Assembly (NCBI GenBank): GCA_965203095.1
Contig: OZ241877.1
Coordinates: 1,533,518-1,597,517, forward strand
Reading direction: 5' to 3'
Length of the DNA: 64,000 bases
Origin: Bdellovibrionales bacterium
GTDB lineage: Bacteria; Bdellovibrionota; Bdellovibrionia; Bdellovibrionales; UBA1609
Shown: piece after piece, positions 42,341 through 52,444 of the stretch
Layout: every line of letters begins with the position of its first letter
Numbering within the stretch: position 1 is the first letter of the stretch
Position numbers and translations under genes: made by a program
The notes under the pieces: generated by a model
What the model was told of the DNA's origin: nothing
The model's database searches: none
The model's input: only the letters and a program-made list of their open reading frames with translations

Positions 42341-43924
42341 ATGAACAGCATTTTTATAGAGGCTTTAGCCCTGTTTATATCCGGTCTCTTTTTTGGATCG
42401 GTTATTTTTCTGATTTATTCTAAATGGACATCTCGAAAAAGGGAACGCAACTTAAAAAGGGAAGCGGATCTGATTTTGAATCGGGCCAAGTCCCAAGCGG
42501 GAAAGGTGGAAAGAGCTATTAGGCAAAACGCCAAAGATTGGGAGGAAAAGGAAACAAAAAGAGTGGAGCGGGAAATCAAACAGTCAAAAGAAAAGCTCAA
42601 AACTCAGGAATATCAGTTGAGGAAACGGCGAGATCAAATGGAATCAGAGTTTCAAATAAAAGCCGATCAGTTGAAAAGATCCCAAGCCCATCTTCAAAGG
42701 GAAAAGGAGCTTATGGAGATAGAGCAAAAGCAAATCCAAAATCTTAAGGAAAGAGTTCAGCAAGAGAAAGAAGAGTCTGACCGCTCTGTGGAAAGGTTGG
42801 CCACTATGACAAAAGAAGAGGCAAAAAACTATCTTAAAAAAACTTTTGAGGCTGAAGTCCGAAGGGATATTAGTCAAAAGCTTGTAAAAATGGAAGAAGA
42901 GATGACTAAAGATCATGAAAGAAAGGCCAAACTGCTTTTGGCCCAAGCTATGGCTCGTTATTCTGCAGAAGTGACAGCAGAAAGAACTGTGGAGACTTTG
43001 CCCATTGTAGGTTCTTTCACCAAAGGGAAAATTATTGGGCGTGAGGGGCGAAACATTCGATCCTTAGAGGCCACTTGTGGTGTGGATTTGCTTATTGGAG
43101 AGGGCCAGGAGATCGTCACAATCTCTTGCTTTGATCCGGTCCGCCGGGCCATTGCCAGAAAAGCCATCGAAAAGCTTATGGAAGAAGGCCGTGTTCACCC
43201 GGCTTTTATTGAAGAGGTTGTAGATAAGATCCGAAAGGAGATATTTTCTGAAATGATGGAGGAGGGCAAAAAACTTTGTTTTGATATGGGAATACACGAT
43301 ATTAGCCCGGAGATCATTAAAATTTTAGGTCAACTTAAGTATCGGTTTATTGAGGGGCAAAACCTTTTAAAATACTCTGAGGAAATGGCCTATATTGCCT
43401 CTTTACTTGCAGGAGAGTTAGCTTTAGATAAAAAAACCGCTTGCCGGGCGGGCCTTTTAAGTGCAGTGGGCTTAGGGGTGCCTCATTTTATGGAGGGAAG
43501 CTACTCTTTTGTAGGGGCACAATTTTGCCGGAAACAGGGTGAAGAAGAGGAGATATGCCAGGCTATTCTCTGTCATGACGGCAAAAAGCCAGCTCATAGC
43601 CTTTTAGATCATGTTTTACAATGTGCTTACAATTTATCTCGTTCCCGATCTGGAGCTAAGCGGTCTCTTTTAGATAGCTACATTCATCGTTTAAAAGAGT
43701 TGGAGTCTTTGGCCAATAGTTTTGACGGGGTGAAAAGGAGTTTTGCCATTCAGGCCGGTAAGGAGATTCGCGTTCTTGTAGACACATTTAAAGTGGTGGA
43801 TGATGATCAGATGTCCATGCTGAGTTGGGACATTGCAGAAAAAATAAAACGGGAATTAAAAATGAGTGGAGAAGTGAAGGTGAGCTTGATTCGTGAATAT
43901 CGGATTGTAGAGCATGCTCGTTGA
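42341..43924 (+). CDS. rny: Ribonuclease Y
   Basis: N-terminal TM anchor, a coiled coil, the KH motif KGKIIGREGRNIRSLE, and an HD domain. Confidence 0.9.
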   Translation: MNSIFIEALALFISGLFFGSVIFLIYSKWTSRKRERNLKREADLILNRAKSQAGKVERAIRQNAKDWEEKETKRVEREIKQSKEKLKTQEYQLRKRRDQMESEFQIKADQLKRSQAHLQREKELMEIEQKQIQNLKERVQQEKEESDRSVERLATMTKEEAKNYLKKTFEAEVRRDISQKLVKMEEEMTKDHERKAKLLLAQAMARYSAEVTAERTVETLPIVGSFTKGKIIGREGRNIRSLEATCGVDLLIGEGQEIVTISCFDPVRRAIARKAIEKLMEEGRVHPAFIEEVVDKIRKEIFSEMMEEGKKLCFDMGIHDISPEIIKILGQLKYRFIEGQNLLKYSEEMAYIASLLAGELALDKKTACRAGLLSAVGLGVPHFMEGSYSFVGAQFCRKQGEEEEICQAILCHDGKKPAHSLLDHVLQCAYNLSRSRSGAKRSLLDSYIHRLKELESLANSFDGVKRSFAIQAGKEIRVLVDTFKVVDDDQMSMLSWDIAEKIKRELKMSGEVKVSLIREYRIVEHAR

Positions 43925-44653
43925 TTGGCTGTAAAAAACCGGGAGAGCTGGCCTGTGAAAGCCTCTTTTATTTTGATATTTTTAATTTTATTTTTTGCTT
44001 TAAGCCTTATTGTTTTTGGACAGAGGGGCAAAGCTTTTCCCGGGGACAGAGCACCTTTTTATTTTGCTCCTCCGGAAGTGATACGGTATTTTTCTTTTGG
44101 TTTTTCTGAAATTTATGCAGACATTTTATGGATGCGATTGATTCAAGATATTGATTTTTGCAGTTCTGAAAAGGGTATCCCCATTTATGACGGAAAAACA
44201 AAATACCAGTGCGACAAAGGTTGGTCTTTTAAAATGACCTCAGCCATTATTGAGTTGGCCCCTCGGTTTTTACGCCCTTATGAGATTTCAGGTTCTATAA
44301 TGAGTGTTGTCATGGGAGATCAAAAAGGGGCTAAAGCCATTTATGATAAAGCGGTTCAACAATTCCCTGACAACTGGAAAATCCATTTTAGTGCCGGATC
44401 TCATTATCTTTTAGAACTTGGGGAAGAGGAGAAGGCTGTCCCGCTTTTGATCCGTTCAGCTGATTTGGGCGGGCCTTATTGGCTTTATGGTTTAGCGGCC
44501 AAAGTTTATGGGGAAATGGGGAAGTTGCTTTTGGCCAGGGAAGTTCTCATATCGGCTATGGAGAAAGATATTAAAGGGACATATAAAAAAACTATGGAGT
44601 TGAGGTTAGAAGAAGTAGAGCAAAAAATAGAAAAACTGAGAAACACCCGTTAG
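43925..44653 (+). CDS. Membrane-anchored TPR-like hypothetical protein
   Basis: One N-terminal TM helix and helical-repeat-like sequence. The TTG start is uncertain. Confidence 0.45.
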   Translation: MAVKNRESWPVKASFILIFLILFFALSLIVFGQRGKAFPGDRAPFYFAPPEVIRYFSFGFSEIYADILWMRLIQDIDFCSSEKGIPIYDGKTKYQCDKGWSFKMTSAIIELAPRFLRPYEISGSIMSVVMGDQKGAKAIYDKAVQQFPDNWKIHFSAGSHYLLELGEEEKAVPLLIRSADLGGPYWLYGLAAKVYGEMGKLLLAREVLISAMEKDIKGTYKKTMELRLEEVEQKIEKLRNTR

Positions 44654-44666
44654 CCTGTTGGAGTCC

Positions 44667-46271
44667 ATGTCTAGAAGTTCAGTTCCTGTTTTTTTGAAAT
44701 TTGTTTTGGCATTGGGTTTATTTTTACCTGGTTTAAGTGACTCTGAGAAACCTTCTACCAGTCCAGAAAGTCATATTCAAAGAAGGCTGGGGGAGAGAAA
44801 AGAAAAGCAAGAGGAAAAACAAAGGATAAACCAACATTGGCCGGACTACTCCGCCTGTCAAGATATGGATGAGCAACCGATCCCTTTAGAAGAGAGACTT
44901 ATTTTTAAAACAGAGGCGGGTTTTTGTGAGGATTGCCAGATTAGGGGCCAATCCACATCTAATCCACAAGCCCCTTTTGAGGAGGTAGTGGCACAAAGCC
45001 AAAAAAATTTGCGGGCTGATTTTGAGAAAAAATTAAAAAACCGGGCTGTAGGCTTAATTGAAAGCAAGATCTTTCAAATTCAGGCTCTTCGTGCCTGCCT
45101 TACAGAAGATAAAAACTGGTTGTCTCAAAAAATGAGTGGTCTTTCGTCCCATAGTTTTTCCCGACCACTTTGGTCCAAGATAAAAAACAGGGATTCCTCT
45201 TTTTTAGAGTCTGCCTGCAAAAAAAGAAAAGAAAAACTTTTAAAGAAAATCCAAAACAGCTGGTCAGATATGCGTGTTAGTTTGGCCCTTTCAAATCCCT
45301 CTACACAAGTTCCAATGAATTATGCACTGAATAGGATGTCGCAGGATTCATTTTCTGTGGAAAAAAGTGCCAGCGACACATTTTTTGAACATTTTATAAA
45401 TGAAGAGATTTATTTAGATGAAAGCCCTGCTCATCCTATATCTGGTTTCAGTTCTATGCCTCAGTTAAACAAGGAGGAAAAGAACCGGGCACGCAATCTT
45501 TACTTTAAAGCTTTAACTGAGCCTTCTTTAGAAAGCCATAGCCCCTCTGAGTTTAAAAGCCGGATCCTCAACAGCTTTAAAAGCCCCTCAAGTGCTAAAG
45601 CCTCTGTCAAAAAACAGTTGAGTAAAGGAGATATGGCTCTCTTATTGGAGGCCGTTGGAAAGCTAAAGGAGGATAGTGAGCAGAGATATTTTCAAATTAC
45701 CAGTGAAATGCCGGTTTTAACCTATCTTGAAAACGACCATCCCACAGCAGAGGATCTGGATCAGGCTTATGGAAAAATGCAAGAGAATTTGGAGGATTTT
45801 TTAAAAGAGCTGGATGATATGCCTCTTTTGCTTTCCTTTAGACCTTTGGTGGAGGAGTTGTTGAAAGAAAATCCACAATACTGCTTAGTGGCAGAGCGTG
45901 CTCGTATTCAGATGGAAAAAAATGAGAACCTGAAAGATAACCTGCTTTTAGGATCCATGTTTATCGCTATGGCACCTTGTTTTATGGCTGGGCCGATCTC
46001 TATTGCTGTTTGCCTGACGGCAGAGTTGGGACTTGGCTTTTTAGATGTGCATTATGCCTCAGTGGCAAAAGATCACTCCTTAGGCCGAGCTTTAGCGGGA
46101 AAGCAGTTTGAAAAAATCTCTGAACTGAAGAGCCGGGACAAAGAGTTGGAGTTAAGCCAGATATTTCTTCCTTTGATATTTTTAGAGGTGGGAGTTGTTT
46201 CAAGAGCCGTCAAACAGTCACGAAAAAAGCTTAGAGGTTCTACTTCTAAAAAAAGGCCGAAAGGTCATTAA
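44667..46271 (+). CDS. Hypothetical exported protein with a C-terminal hydrophobic anchor
   Basis: Signal-like N-terminus MSRSSVPVFLKFVLALGLFLPG and two hydrophobic segments near the C-terminus. Confidence 0.5.
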   Translation: MSRSSVPVFLKFVLALGLFLPGLSDSEKPSTSPESHIQRRLGERKEKQEEKQRINQHWPDYSACQDMDEQPIPLEERLIFKTEAGFCEDCQIRGQSTSNPQAPFEEVVAQSQKNLRADFEKKLKNRAVGLIESKIFQIQALRACLTEDKNWLSQKMSGLSSHSFSRPLWSKIKNRDSSFLESACKKRKEKLLKKIQNSWSDMRVSLALSNPSTQVPMNYALNRMSQDSFSVEKSASDTFFEHFINEEIYLDESPAHPISGFSSMPQLNKEEKNRARNLYFKALTEPSLESHSPSEFKSRILNSFKSPSSAKASVKKQLSKGDMALLLEAVGKLKEDSEQRYFQITSEMPVLTYLENDHPTAEDLDQAYGKMQENLEDFLKELDDMPLLLSFRPLVEELLKENPQYCLVAERARIQMEKNENLKDNLLLGSMFIAMAPCFMAGPISIAVCLTAELGLGFLDVHYASVAKDHSLGRALAGKQFEKISELKSRDKELELSQIFLPLIFLEVGVVSRAVKQSRKKLRGSTSKKRPKGH

Positions 46272-46350
46272 TTCGTGGCCCGTGAAAAAGCCTTGTCCAA
46301 ATCCGGAGTATCTTTGGGCAATGTTCGCTCTCATTCAGGACGGAATATCT
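46270..46350 (+). repeat. R2-family partial copy E
   Basis: The left TIR-like sequence ATTCGTGGCCCGTGAAAAAGCC is followed by TTGTCCAAA...TCTTTGGGCAA and a truncated core CATTCAGGACGGAATA. Confidence 0.5.
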
Positions 46351-46415
46351 CAAATCCAAATAAATTTATGGACTTTTTATTCCCCTTGGCTATAATAAAG
46401 CTTTAGGAGGACAAA

Positions 46416-47090
46416 ATGAGTTTATCTGATAGACAAAAAATAGACGAGATTTGGAGCATACTGAAAGAGACAGCTCGGAGTCAAAAAGAGTTTAATCAGC
46501 AGATGAAGGAGCGTCAGAGGGAGACGGATCGGCGGATGAAACTACAAAAAGAAGAGGCGGATCGGCAAGAAAAGAAGCGTCAAAAAGAGTTTAATCAGCA
46601 AGTGAAGGAAAGGCGAGAAGAGTTTGATCGGCATAAAAAAGAAACGGATCGTCGGATAAGAAAGTTAGATAATCTTTTCACTTCTCAATGGGGTCGCCTT
46701 ATGGAAAGCCTTGTGGAAGGGGATTTGATTAAAATTTTAGGGGAAAGAGGCATTAAGGTAGAAAACACTTATACCAACCTTAAAAAAGAGTATGGGGAAG
46801 ATCAATACGAATATGACATTATCGCGGCCAATGGGGAGGAAGTAGTGGTGGTTGAGGTTAAAACCACTTTGAGGGTCAAATATGTCAAGGCTTTTTTAGA
46901 GGATGTGCAAAAATTCACTACTCGGCGAAAGGTTTATAAGGGTTTGACGATTTATGGTGCCGTGGCTTTTTTGAGGTCAGAGGAGGCGGCCAGCCGGTAT
47001 GCTCAATCTCAAGGTCTATTTGTGATACGGGCGACGGGGTCCAGTGCCAGCATAATCAACAAAGCCACTTTTAAACCCAAGCTTTTTTAA
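46416..47090 (+). CDS. Coiled-coil + PD-(D/E)xK nuclease-fold protein
   Basis: An N-terminal duplicated basic coiled coil (QKEFNQQ.KER..E.DR). The C-terminus YEYDIIAANGEEVVVVEVKTTL fits D...E.K restriction-endonuclease-like motifs. Confidence 0.5.
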   Translation: MSLSDRQKIDEIWSILKETARSQKEFNQQMKERQRETDRRMKLQKEEADRQEKKRQKEFNQQVKERREEFDRHKKETDRRIRKLDNLFTSQWGRLMESLVEGDLIKILGERGIKVENTYTNLKKEYGEDQYEYDIIAANGEEVVVVEVKTTLRVKYVKAFLEDVQKFTTRRKVYKGLTIYGAVAFLRSEEAASRYAQSQGLFVIRATGSSASIINKATFKPKLF

Positions 47091-47207
47091 TTCAAAAGGG
47101 GACTTTTTTATCTTCGTCCCCACAAAAACTTTGGTTTAAAATTAAGCCTTGACAGTTTGGTTCTATGTGGGTAGCTTGTGTCTGTTTTTTTTAAAAGGAG
47201 AGTTTTT

Positions 47208-47933
47208 GTGTTTGCTATTGTTCGTGTAGGCAGTCAGCAGTTTAAAGTCCAAGCTGGAGACTATATCCGCACTCCTTTTCAAAATCATTTGGAAAAAGAG
47301 GAGATAGATCTACCTGTTGTGGCTTTCCGTTCTGAAAAGGCTTTTTTATTTGATTCTGCCGGTTTAAAAGGTGCTCAGGCAAGGGCTATGGTGGTTCGTC
47401 AGTTTTTGGGCAAAAAGGTCCTTGTTTTTAAGAAAAAAAGACGCAAGGGCTATCGCCGGACAAGAGGGCACAGGCAAAAAATCACTGAGTTAAAAATTAT
47501 AAAATTGTGCTCTCCAGAGGGGCAGATCTCTCAAGTTGAGAGCACTTCTAAAACCTCTGTTAAGAAGGCGAAAGCTGAGGGAGCTTCTAAAAAAGCATCT
47601 GTTAAGAAGGTGCAGGCTGAGGGAGCTTCTAAGAAAGCATCTGTTAAGAAGGTGCAGGCTGAGGGAGCTTCTAAAAAAGCATCTGTTAAGAAGGTGCAGG
47701 CTGAGGGAGCTTCTAAGAAAGCATCTGTTAAGAAGGTGCAGGCTGAGGGAGCTTCTAAGAAAGCATCTGTTAAGAAGGTGCAGGCTGAGGGAGCTTCTAA
47801 AAAAGCTCCTGTTAAGAAGGTGCAGGCTGAGGGAGCTTCTAAAAAAGCTCCTGTTAAGAAGGCGAAAGCTCAAAAAAAGTCAGCAGGTAAAACGGCAAAA
47901 ACTTCGTCTAACAAAACCAATAAAAAGCTTTAA
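47208..47933 (+). CDS. rplU: Ribosomal protein L21 with a Lys/Ala-rich repeat tail of about 140 aa
   Basis: A GTG start follows AAAGGAG. VFAIVRVGSQQFKVQAGDYI is the canonical L21 N-terminus. rpmA follows. Confidence 0.85.
   Translation: MFAIVRVGSQQFKVQAGDYIRTPFQNHLEKEEIDLPVVAFRSEKAFLFDSAGLKGAQARAMVVRQFLGKKVLVFKKKRRKGYRRTRGHRQKITELKIIKLCSPEGQISQVESTSKTSVKKAKAEGASKKASVKKVQAEGASKKASVKKVQAEGASKKASVKKVQAEGASKKASVKKVQAEGASKKASVKKVQAEGASKKAPVKKVQAEGASKKAPVKKAKAQKKSAGKTAKTSSNKTNKKL
47556..47875 (+). repeat. 42-bp x about 8 in-frame tandem repeat (SVKKVQAEGASKKA)
   Basis: Unit starts are 47556, 47598, 47640, 47682, 47724, 47766, 47808 and 47850. The central units differ only at AAA/AAG. Confidence 0.9.
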
Positions 47934-47974
47934 AAGGCGAAAAAACTATATCATTGAACAGGAGGAGATAAGCT

Positions 47975-48238
47975 ATGGCGTCAAAAAAAGCTTCAGGAAG
48001 TAGTAGGAATGGAAGAGATAGTCAAAGCCAGAGGTTGGGCCTTAAGCTTTTTGGAGGGCAAAAGGCAAGGCCTGGTGCCATTATTGTTCGTCAAAGGGGT
48101 TCTGTATTTCTTCCGGGAAAAAATGTGAGTGCAGGTCGCGACTTCAGTCTGTTTGCCCGTATTGAAGGGCATGTGAAGTTTGAAAGACTGAACCGGAAAA
48201 AAATTAAAGTCAGTGTTTATGCCCGTTCGCCATCCTGA
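47975..48238 (+). CDS. rpmA: Ribosomal protein L27
   Basis: [28 protein letters not shown]...IIVRQRG is canonical L27. Confidence 0.9.
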   Translation: MASKKASGSSRNGRDSQSQRLGLKLFGGQKARPGAIIVRQRGSVFLPGKNVSAGRDFSLFARIEGHVKFERLNRKKIKVSVYARSPS

Positions 48239-48257
48239 GTTGGTTTTTTAAAGTTCT

Positions 48258-49265
48258 ATGTTTCATTATAGGGATCGCTTGTCCTTAGAGCTTTCCAGCG
48301 GAGATGGCGGAGATGGACTTTTAAGTTTTTTTCGATCTACAAAATCACCCCGTGGAGGGCCGGACGGCGGAGATGGCGGAAATGGCGGAGCTTTAATTTT
48401 TGCTGTTTCCTCAAAAGTCAGCAGTTTAGATCATTTAAGAAAAAAGACAAAATACAGTGCAGAGACCGGGAACCCCGGAGGAAAACAGCTAAAAAAAGGC
48501 CGAAAGGGAAAAGATCTGGTTTTAAATTTGCCCATAGGGACGCTCATTCGAAATGACAAAGGGCAGATTCTTAAAGATTTCATAAAAGCTCAAAAAGAGA
48601 TTTTTTTAAAAGGAGGTTCCGGGGGGCATGGCAATGCTTTTTTTAAAACCAGCTCTTGTCAAGCTCCTGGGATAACTCAAAAGGGACAAAAAGGCCAAAG
48701 CCAGAAAGTGATTTTAGAGTATAAACCTTTGATTTATATAGCCATTGTGGGAAAAACCAACGCGGGAAAAAGCTCTTTTTTTAACCTTGCCACCAGCTCT
48801 CAATCCAAAGAGGCCCCTTACCCTTACACCACTCTTGTTCCGCATATTGGGCAAATAAAAAATGCTCGCGAAAAGCCCCTAATCATCATGGACATCCCCG
48901 GAATAGAAAAGGGAGCGAGTCAAAGTGAGATAAAAGGTTTATCTTTTTTAAGAACTGTCCAAAGGGCTGAAATTTTATTGCAGTTTATCGATGGTTCATT
49001 CCAACCCTTAAAAGATAAAGAAGAGATGGAAATGGAGTTTAAGGCTTTTGATAAAAGTCAAACTGATAACTATTTCAAGCCTTTGAGCCGGAAAAAAATA
49101 TTTTTTATTTTATCTAAAACCGATCAATTAAAAAGCTCTAAATTAAAAAAACTCATGAGGCTAATCTCTCTTGAAAAAGATCAAAAAATTTTTCCCTTGT
49201 CTAACAAAAGCAAATTAGGCTTAAAAGCTATTTTACAAGCAATAAGAAAAGAGGTAAAACCATGA
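48258..49265 (+). CDS. obg: GTPase Obg/CgtA
   Basis: The Gly-rich Obg fold (GDGGDG...GGPDGGDGGNGG) and the G domain GKTNAGKSS. The gene sits in the rplU-rpmA-obg order. Confidence 0.85.
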   Translation: MFHYRDRLSLELSSGDGGDGLLSFFRSTKSPRGGPDGGDGGNGGALIFAVSSKVSSLDHLRKKTKYSAETGNPGGKQLKKGRKGKDLVLNLPIGTLIRNDKGQILKDFIKAQKEIFLKGGSGGHGNAFFKTSSCQAPGITQKGQKGQSQKVILEYKPLIYIAIVGKTNAGKSSFFNLATSSQSKEAPYPYTTLVPHIGQIKNAREKPLIIMDIPGIEKGASQSEIKGLSFLRTVQRAEILLQFIDGSFQPLKDKEEMEMEFKAFDKSQTDNYFKPLSRKKIFFILSKTDQLKSSKLKKLMRLISLEKDQKIFPLSNKSKLGLKAILQAIRKEVKP

Positions 49266-49326
49266 CAAGTATCCAAACCAACATAAAACCAGTTTTAGGG
49301 AGGTTTTTTAAGATGATGGTGATGAT

Positions 49327-49998
49327 TTGAGAAAAAAGATTTTAAAAATAAGAACTGGTATTATGGGTGGAAGTTTTAGCCCCTTCCACATGGCCCATTT
49401 AAACAGTCTTCTCACTGTGAGAAAACAACTCAGCCTGCAAAACATTGTTTTGGTTCCTTCCTTCCGGACCCCTCTTAAAGATGAGAAAGAGGAAATTAGC
49501 CCTCTTCACCGTGAAAGTATGCTCAAGAGGCTTTTAAGGGAATATCCCTTTATGTCAGTCGATAACCAGGAAATTTTGAGAGCGGGCCTCAGCTACACCT
49601 ATAAAACCATATCTCAACTTTTTAAAGAAAGACCTAAAGAAGAGCTATTTTTTATTATGGGTTTGGATCCATTTTATATTTTTGACCGGTGGAAAAATTT
49701 TAAAGAAATTTTACAAAAAACTCATTTGGTTGTCACCAGCCGTCCTGGGTTTTCCTTTCCTCAAAAAGCAAAAGATTTTCCTAATGGCCTGATCCCTCTC
49801 ATTAAAAAAAGATGGCAGAACCGATGGACTTTAAAAGAGACTACAAAAAAAATTTATTTTTGCCATTTAAAAGATATGGATATATCTTCGTCTGACATCA
49901 AACAACAACTGAAAGAGGGGAGAAGTATGAGCCACTTTTTGCCTCAAGCAGTGGATGAATACATTAAGGAAAATCAGATTTTGTCCGGTCCCTCGTGA
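49327..49998 (+). CDS. nadD: Nicotinate-nucleotide adenylyltransferase
   Basis: GGSFSPFHMAHL (the (T/H)xGH motif) and a C-terminal ISSSDIK (ISST-like). Confidence 0.8.
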   Translation: MRKKILKIRTGIMGGSFSPFHMAHLNSLLTVRKQLSLQNIVLVPSFRTPLKDEKEEISPLHRESMLKRLLREYPFMSVDNQEILRAGLSYTYKTISQLFKERPKEELFFIMGLDPFYIFDRWKNFKEILQKTHLVVTSRPGFSFPQKAKDFPNGLIPLIKKRWQNRWTLKETTKKIYFCHLKDMDISSSDIKQQLKEGRSMSHFLPQAVDEYIKENQILSGPS

Positions 49999-50693
49999 AA
50001 AAGTCTACATTTAATAGATCACATAACAACTTGTTAGGGACAAAACAGCTTGAACTCTCACCGTCAGTAAAAGCAGTGGCTTTAAAAGCCAAAAAAGCCC
50101 TCAGTGCTTTAGGAAGAGAAAATGCTTATATCCATGTCATGCCTTTTTCAACTAAAACAGAAGGGGAGAGAAAAAGGCTGAGGCAAAGGCTTGTCCGAGA
50201 AATAAAAAATTCTTTGGATTTTAAAAACATTAAAAAGAAGTTTGACTGGGACCTGTTTGACTGGGGTCCGCTTTTAAAACCCGGCTCTAAAGCTCAAAGC
50301 CTTTTTGCCACCATATCCATATCCCATTGCGAAGGCTTTGGGGCCTTTGTGTTTGTTTTTGAAAAAAATCTCTCTATAGGTTGGGATCTGGAAAAAAAGA
50401 ATCGAATTACAGAAAAAATAGTGGGACGTATTTCTTCAGAAAAGGAACTTAAATCTTCTCCTTCCCCCCCTCTACTTTGGACAGCAAAAGAGGCGGTTTT
50501 TAAATGTTTTTCAAATAGTCAGAGCTTTCTCCTTTTAAGCGATGGATTGATCTCTCATTGGATAAAGGATAAGGAGTTTTATTTTTTTAAAGGTCGTTCT
50601 AAAAAAACAGACAAAGAGGCTCTCGGAGTCGCCTGCTTTATTAATAACTTGGTTTTAGCCTATGCGGAAAGTTCTCCTTTGTTTAAATCTTAA
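49995..50693 (+). CDS. 4'-phosphopantetheinyl transferase (Sfp-type)
   Basis: ISISHCEG, GWDLE and WTAKEAVFK fit the PPTase motifs. Confidence 0.6.
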   Translation: MKKSTFNRSHNNLLGTKQLELSPSVKAVALKAKKALSALGRENAYIHVMPFSTKTEGERKRLRQRLVREIKNSLDFKNIKKKFDWDLFDWGPLLKPGSKAQSLFATISISHCEGFGAFVFVFEKNLSIGWDLEKKNRITEKIVGRISSEKELKSSPSPPLLWTAKEAVFKCFSNSQSFLLLSDGLISHWIKDKEFYFFKGRSKKTDKEALGVACFINNLVLAYAESSPLFKS

Positions 50694-50780
50694 GACTATC
50701 GCCTAAATTCTCAAATGGATTATGGGCTAAAAGCCCCTTCACAGTTATGACTTTGAGTGCTCTGATTGAGAAAAGTTTTT

Positions 50781-52355
50781 TTATTTAGAAAGGGAGAGCT
50801 TATGAAATCGCTCTGAGCCGAAAGGTTTTATTTGATAACCTTTGAGCTTTGTGGACATGGCCGCGTATCTGTGAGCTTGAGCTAAGGGGATAAAAGGGAG
50901 TTCTTGAATAAAAAGAACCTGAGCCTTTTTATAAAGTGCTACTGCCTTTTTCCTATTGGATTGGGCTATAGCTTTTTGAACTAAAAGATCATATTTTTTA
51001 TTGCACCATCGGGCTAAGTTAGCCCCACTAACAATAGAATCGCAACTCAAAAGGATCTGCAAAAAATTGCTGGGGTCGGGAATATCTGCCGACCAGCCCA
51101 TCTGAATCATGTCATGCTCTCCTTTAGAGCTTTTAGCAATGTAAGTGGCCCAGTCGTAAGTCATTAGCTCTGCTGTAATTCCCACTTTTTTTAAATCGGC
51201 TTGCATAAGCTCACCCATTTTTTTCCCGTTGGGATTGTAAGGCCGTGATATAGGAAGGGTCCAAAGTTTAATGGATAAGCCCTTCTCAAAACCAGCTTCT
51301 TTTAAAAGGCTTTTGGCTTTTTCCGGATTGTATTCCGGAAGTTTGATTTCATGGTTATGCCCCCATAAAGTGGAGGGCACAGGGCTTTCTAAAGTGTTTG
51401 CCATACCTTTGTAAATGGCTGTGATATAAAAAGGACGATGGAGTGCATGGGCTATGGCTTGCCGGACTTTTTTATTATTAAAAGGGGCTTTAGAGTTATT
51501 CATGGCCAAATAGGCTAAATTGTAAGACTTCCCCTCAAGGACACGAATGTTTTTATGCTTTTTCATAAGAGGAATATCTGTTGGTTGTGGTTTAGCTGAA
51601 AAATGGCATTCTTCCCTTTTTAATTTTTGAAAGCGAACACTGGGGTCAGGTGTAATAGAGAAAACAATCTTCTTTAACTGGGCCGGACCTAAATAATAGT
51701 TATCATTTCTTTTATAGCGGATGAGATTCCCCTTAATGTATTTTTCCAAAATAAAAGGGCCTGTTCCCACCGGTTCAAAATCTATTTTTCCCGCCTGATT
51801 TTTTTTTAAGAGAAAATCGCCATACTCCTTAGAAAGGATAACGGCAAACTCCATAGCCATTAGATAGGGGAATGTATTGAGAGGTTTTTTTAAAGTAAAC
51901 CGCACTGTGTGATCATTTATTTTTGTTATTTTAGAAATTTGATTTTGTAAATCTAAAGAATAAAAAAATTTGTAACTGGCACTATTCACATTGTGGAATG
52001 GATGAGATTTGTTTTTTTGCCTTTGAAAGGAGAATAATACATCCTCTGCGTTCAAAGGGCGGGAAGGCTTAAAGCCTTTTGTTGGGTAAAAAAGCACATC
52101 TTTTCTTAAATGGAAAGTCCAGGTTTTTTTATCCTTAGAGAGGGTCCATTTTTCAGCCAGGCCAGGGAGGAGTTTATCACCCTTCGGGCTAAACTCTATC
52201 AGACGGCTATAAAGTAAATTACTGGCGTCAAAAGCGGCACCACTGATGGATAACTGTGGGTTGAAGTAATCCGGCGAGGCTTCAGAGCAATAGATCAAGG
52301 TGCTTGCTAAAGAGGGCAAATTCCAAAAAAATAAAATAAAGAGGATTATTTTCAC
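50781..52355 (-). CDS. Peptide/nickel ABC transporter substrate-binding protein (family 5)
   Basis: A signal peptide and a 524-aa length, with a sequence typical of DppA/OppA-like SBPs. Confidence 0.8.
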   Translation of the reverse strand: MKIILFILFFWNLPSLASTLIYCSEASPDYFNPQLSISGAAFDASNLLYSRLIEFSPKGDKLLPGLAEKWTLSKDKKTWTFHLRKDVLFYPTKGFKPSRPLNAEDVLFSFQRQKNKSHPFHNVNSASYKFFYSLDLQNQISKITKINDHTVRFTLKKPLNTFPYLMAMEFAVILSKEYGDFLLKKNQAGKIDFEPVGTGPFILEKYIKGNLIRYKRNDNYYLGPAQLKKIVFSITPDPSVRFQKLKREECHFSAKPQPTDIPLMKKHKNIRVLEGKSYNLAYLAMNNSKAPFNNKKVRQAIAHALHRPFYITAIYKGMANTLESPVPSTLWGHNHEIKLPEYNPEKAKSLLKEAGFEKGLSIKLWTLPISRPYNPNGKKMGELMQADLKKVGITAELMTYDWATYIAKSSKGEHDMIQMGWSADIPDPSNFLQILLSCDSIVSGANLARWCNKKYDLLVQKAIAQSNRKKAVALYKKAQVLFIQELPFIPLAQAHRYAAMSTKLKGYQIKPFGSERFHKLSLSK

Positions 52356-52444
52356 GATAAAACTTTTATCTCAATTTATTTGCTATTTCAAGCTATCTTA
52401 TAAAAAAACTGATGATTTTTCATAAACTCCAATAAGCTCTGTTT

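Noticed and set aside
47490-48003. ORFs 47490..47873 (-) and 47536..48003 (+) overlapping rplU
   Set aside because: They are alternative-frame or antisense readings of the 42-bp tandem repeat. The L21 frame is supported by the conserved L21 core and its RBS.
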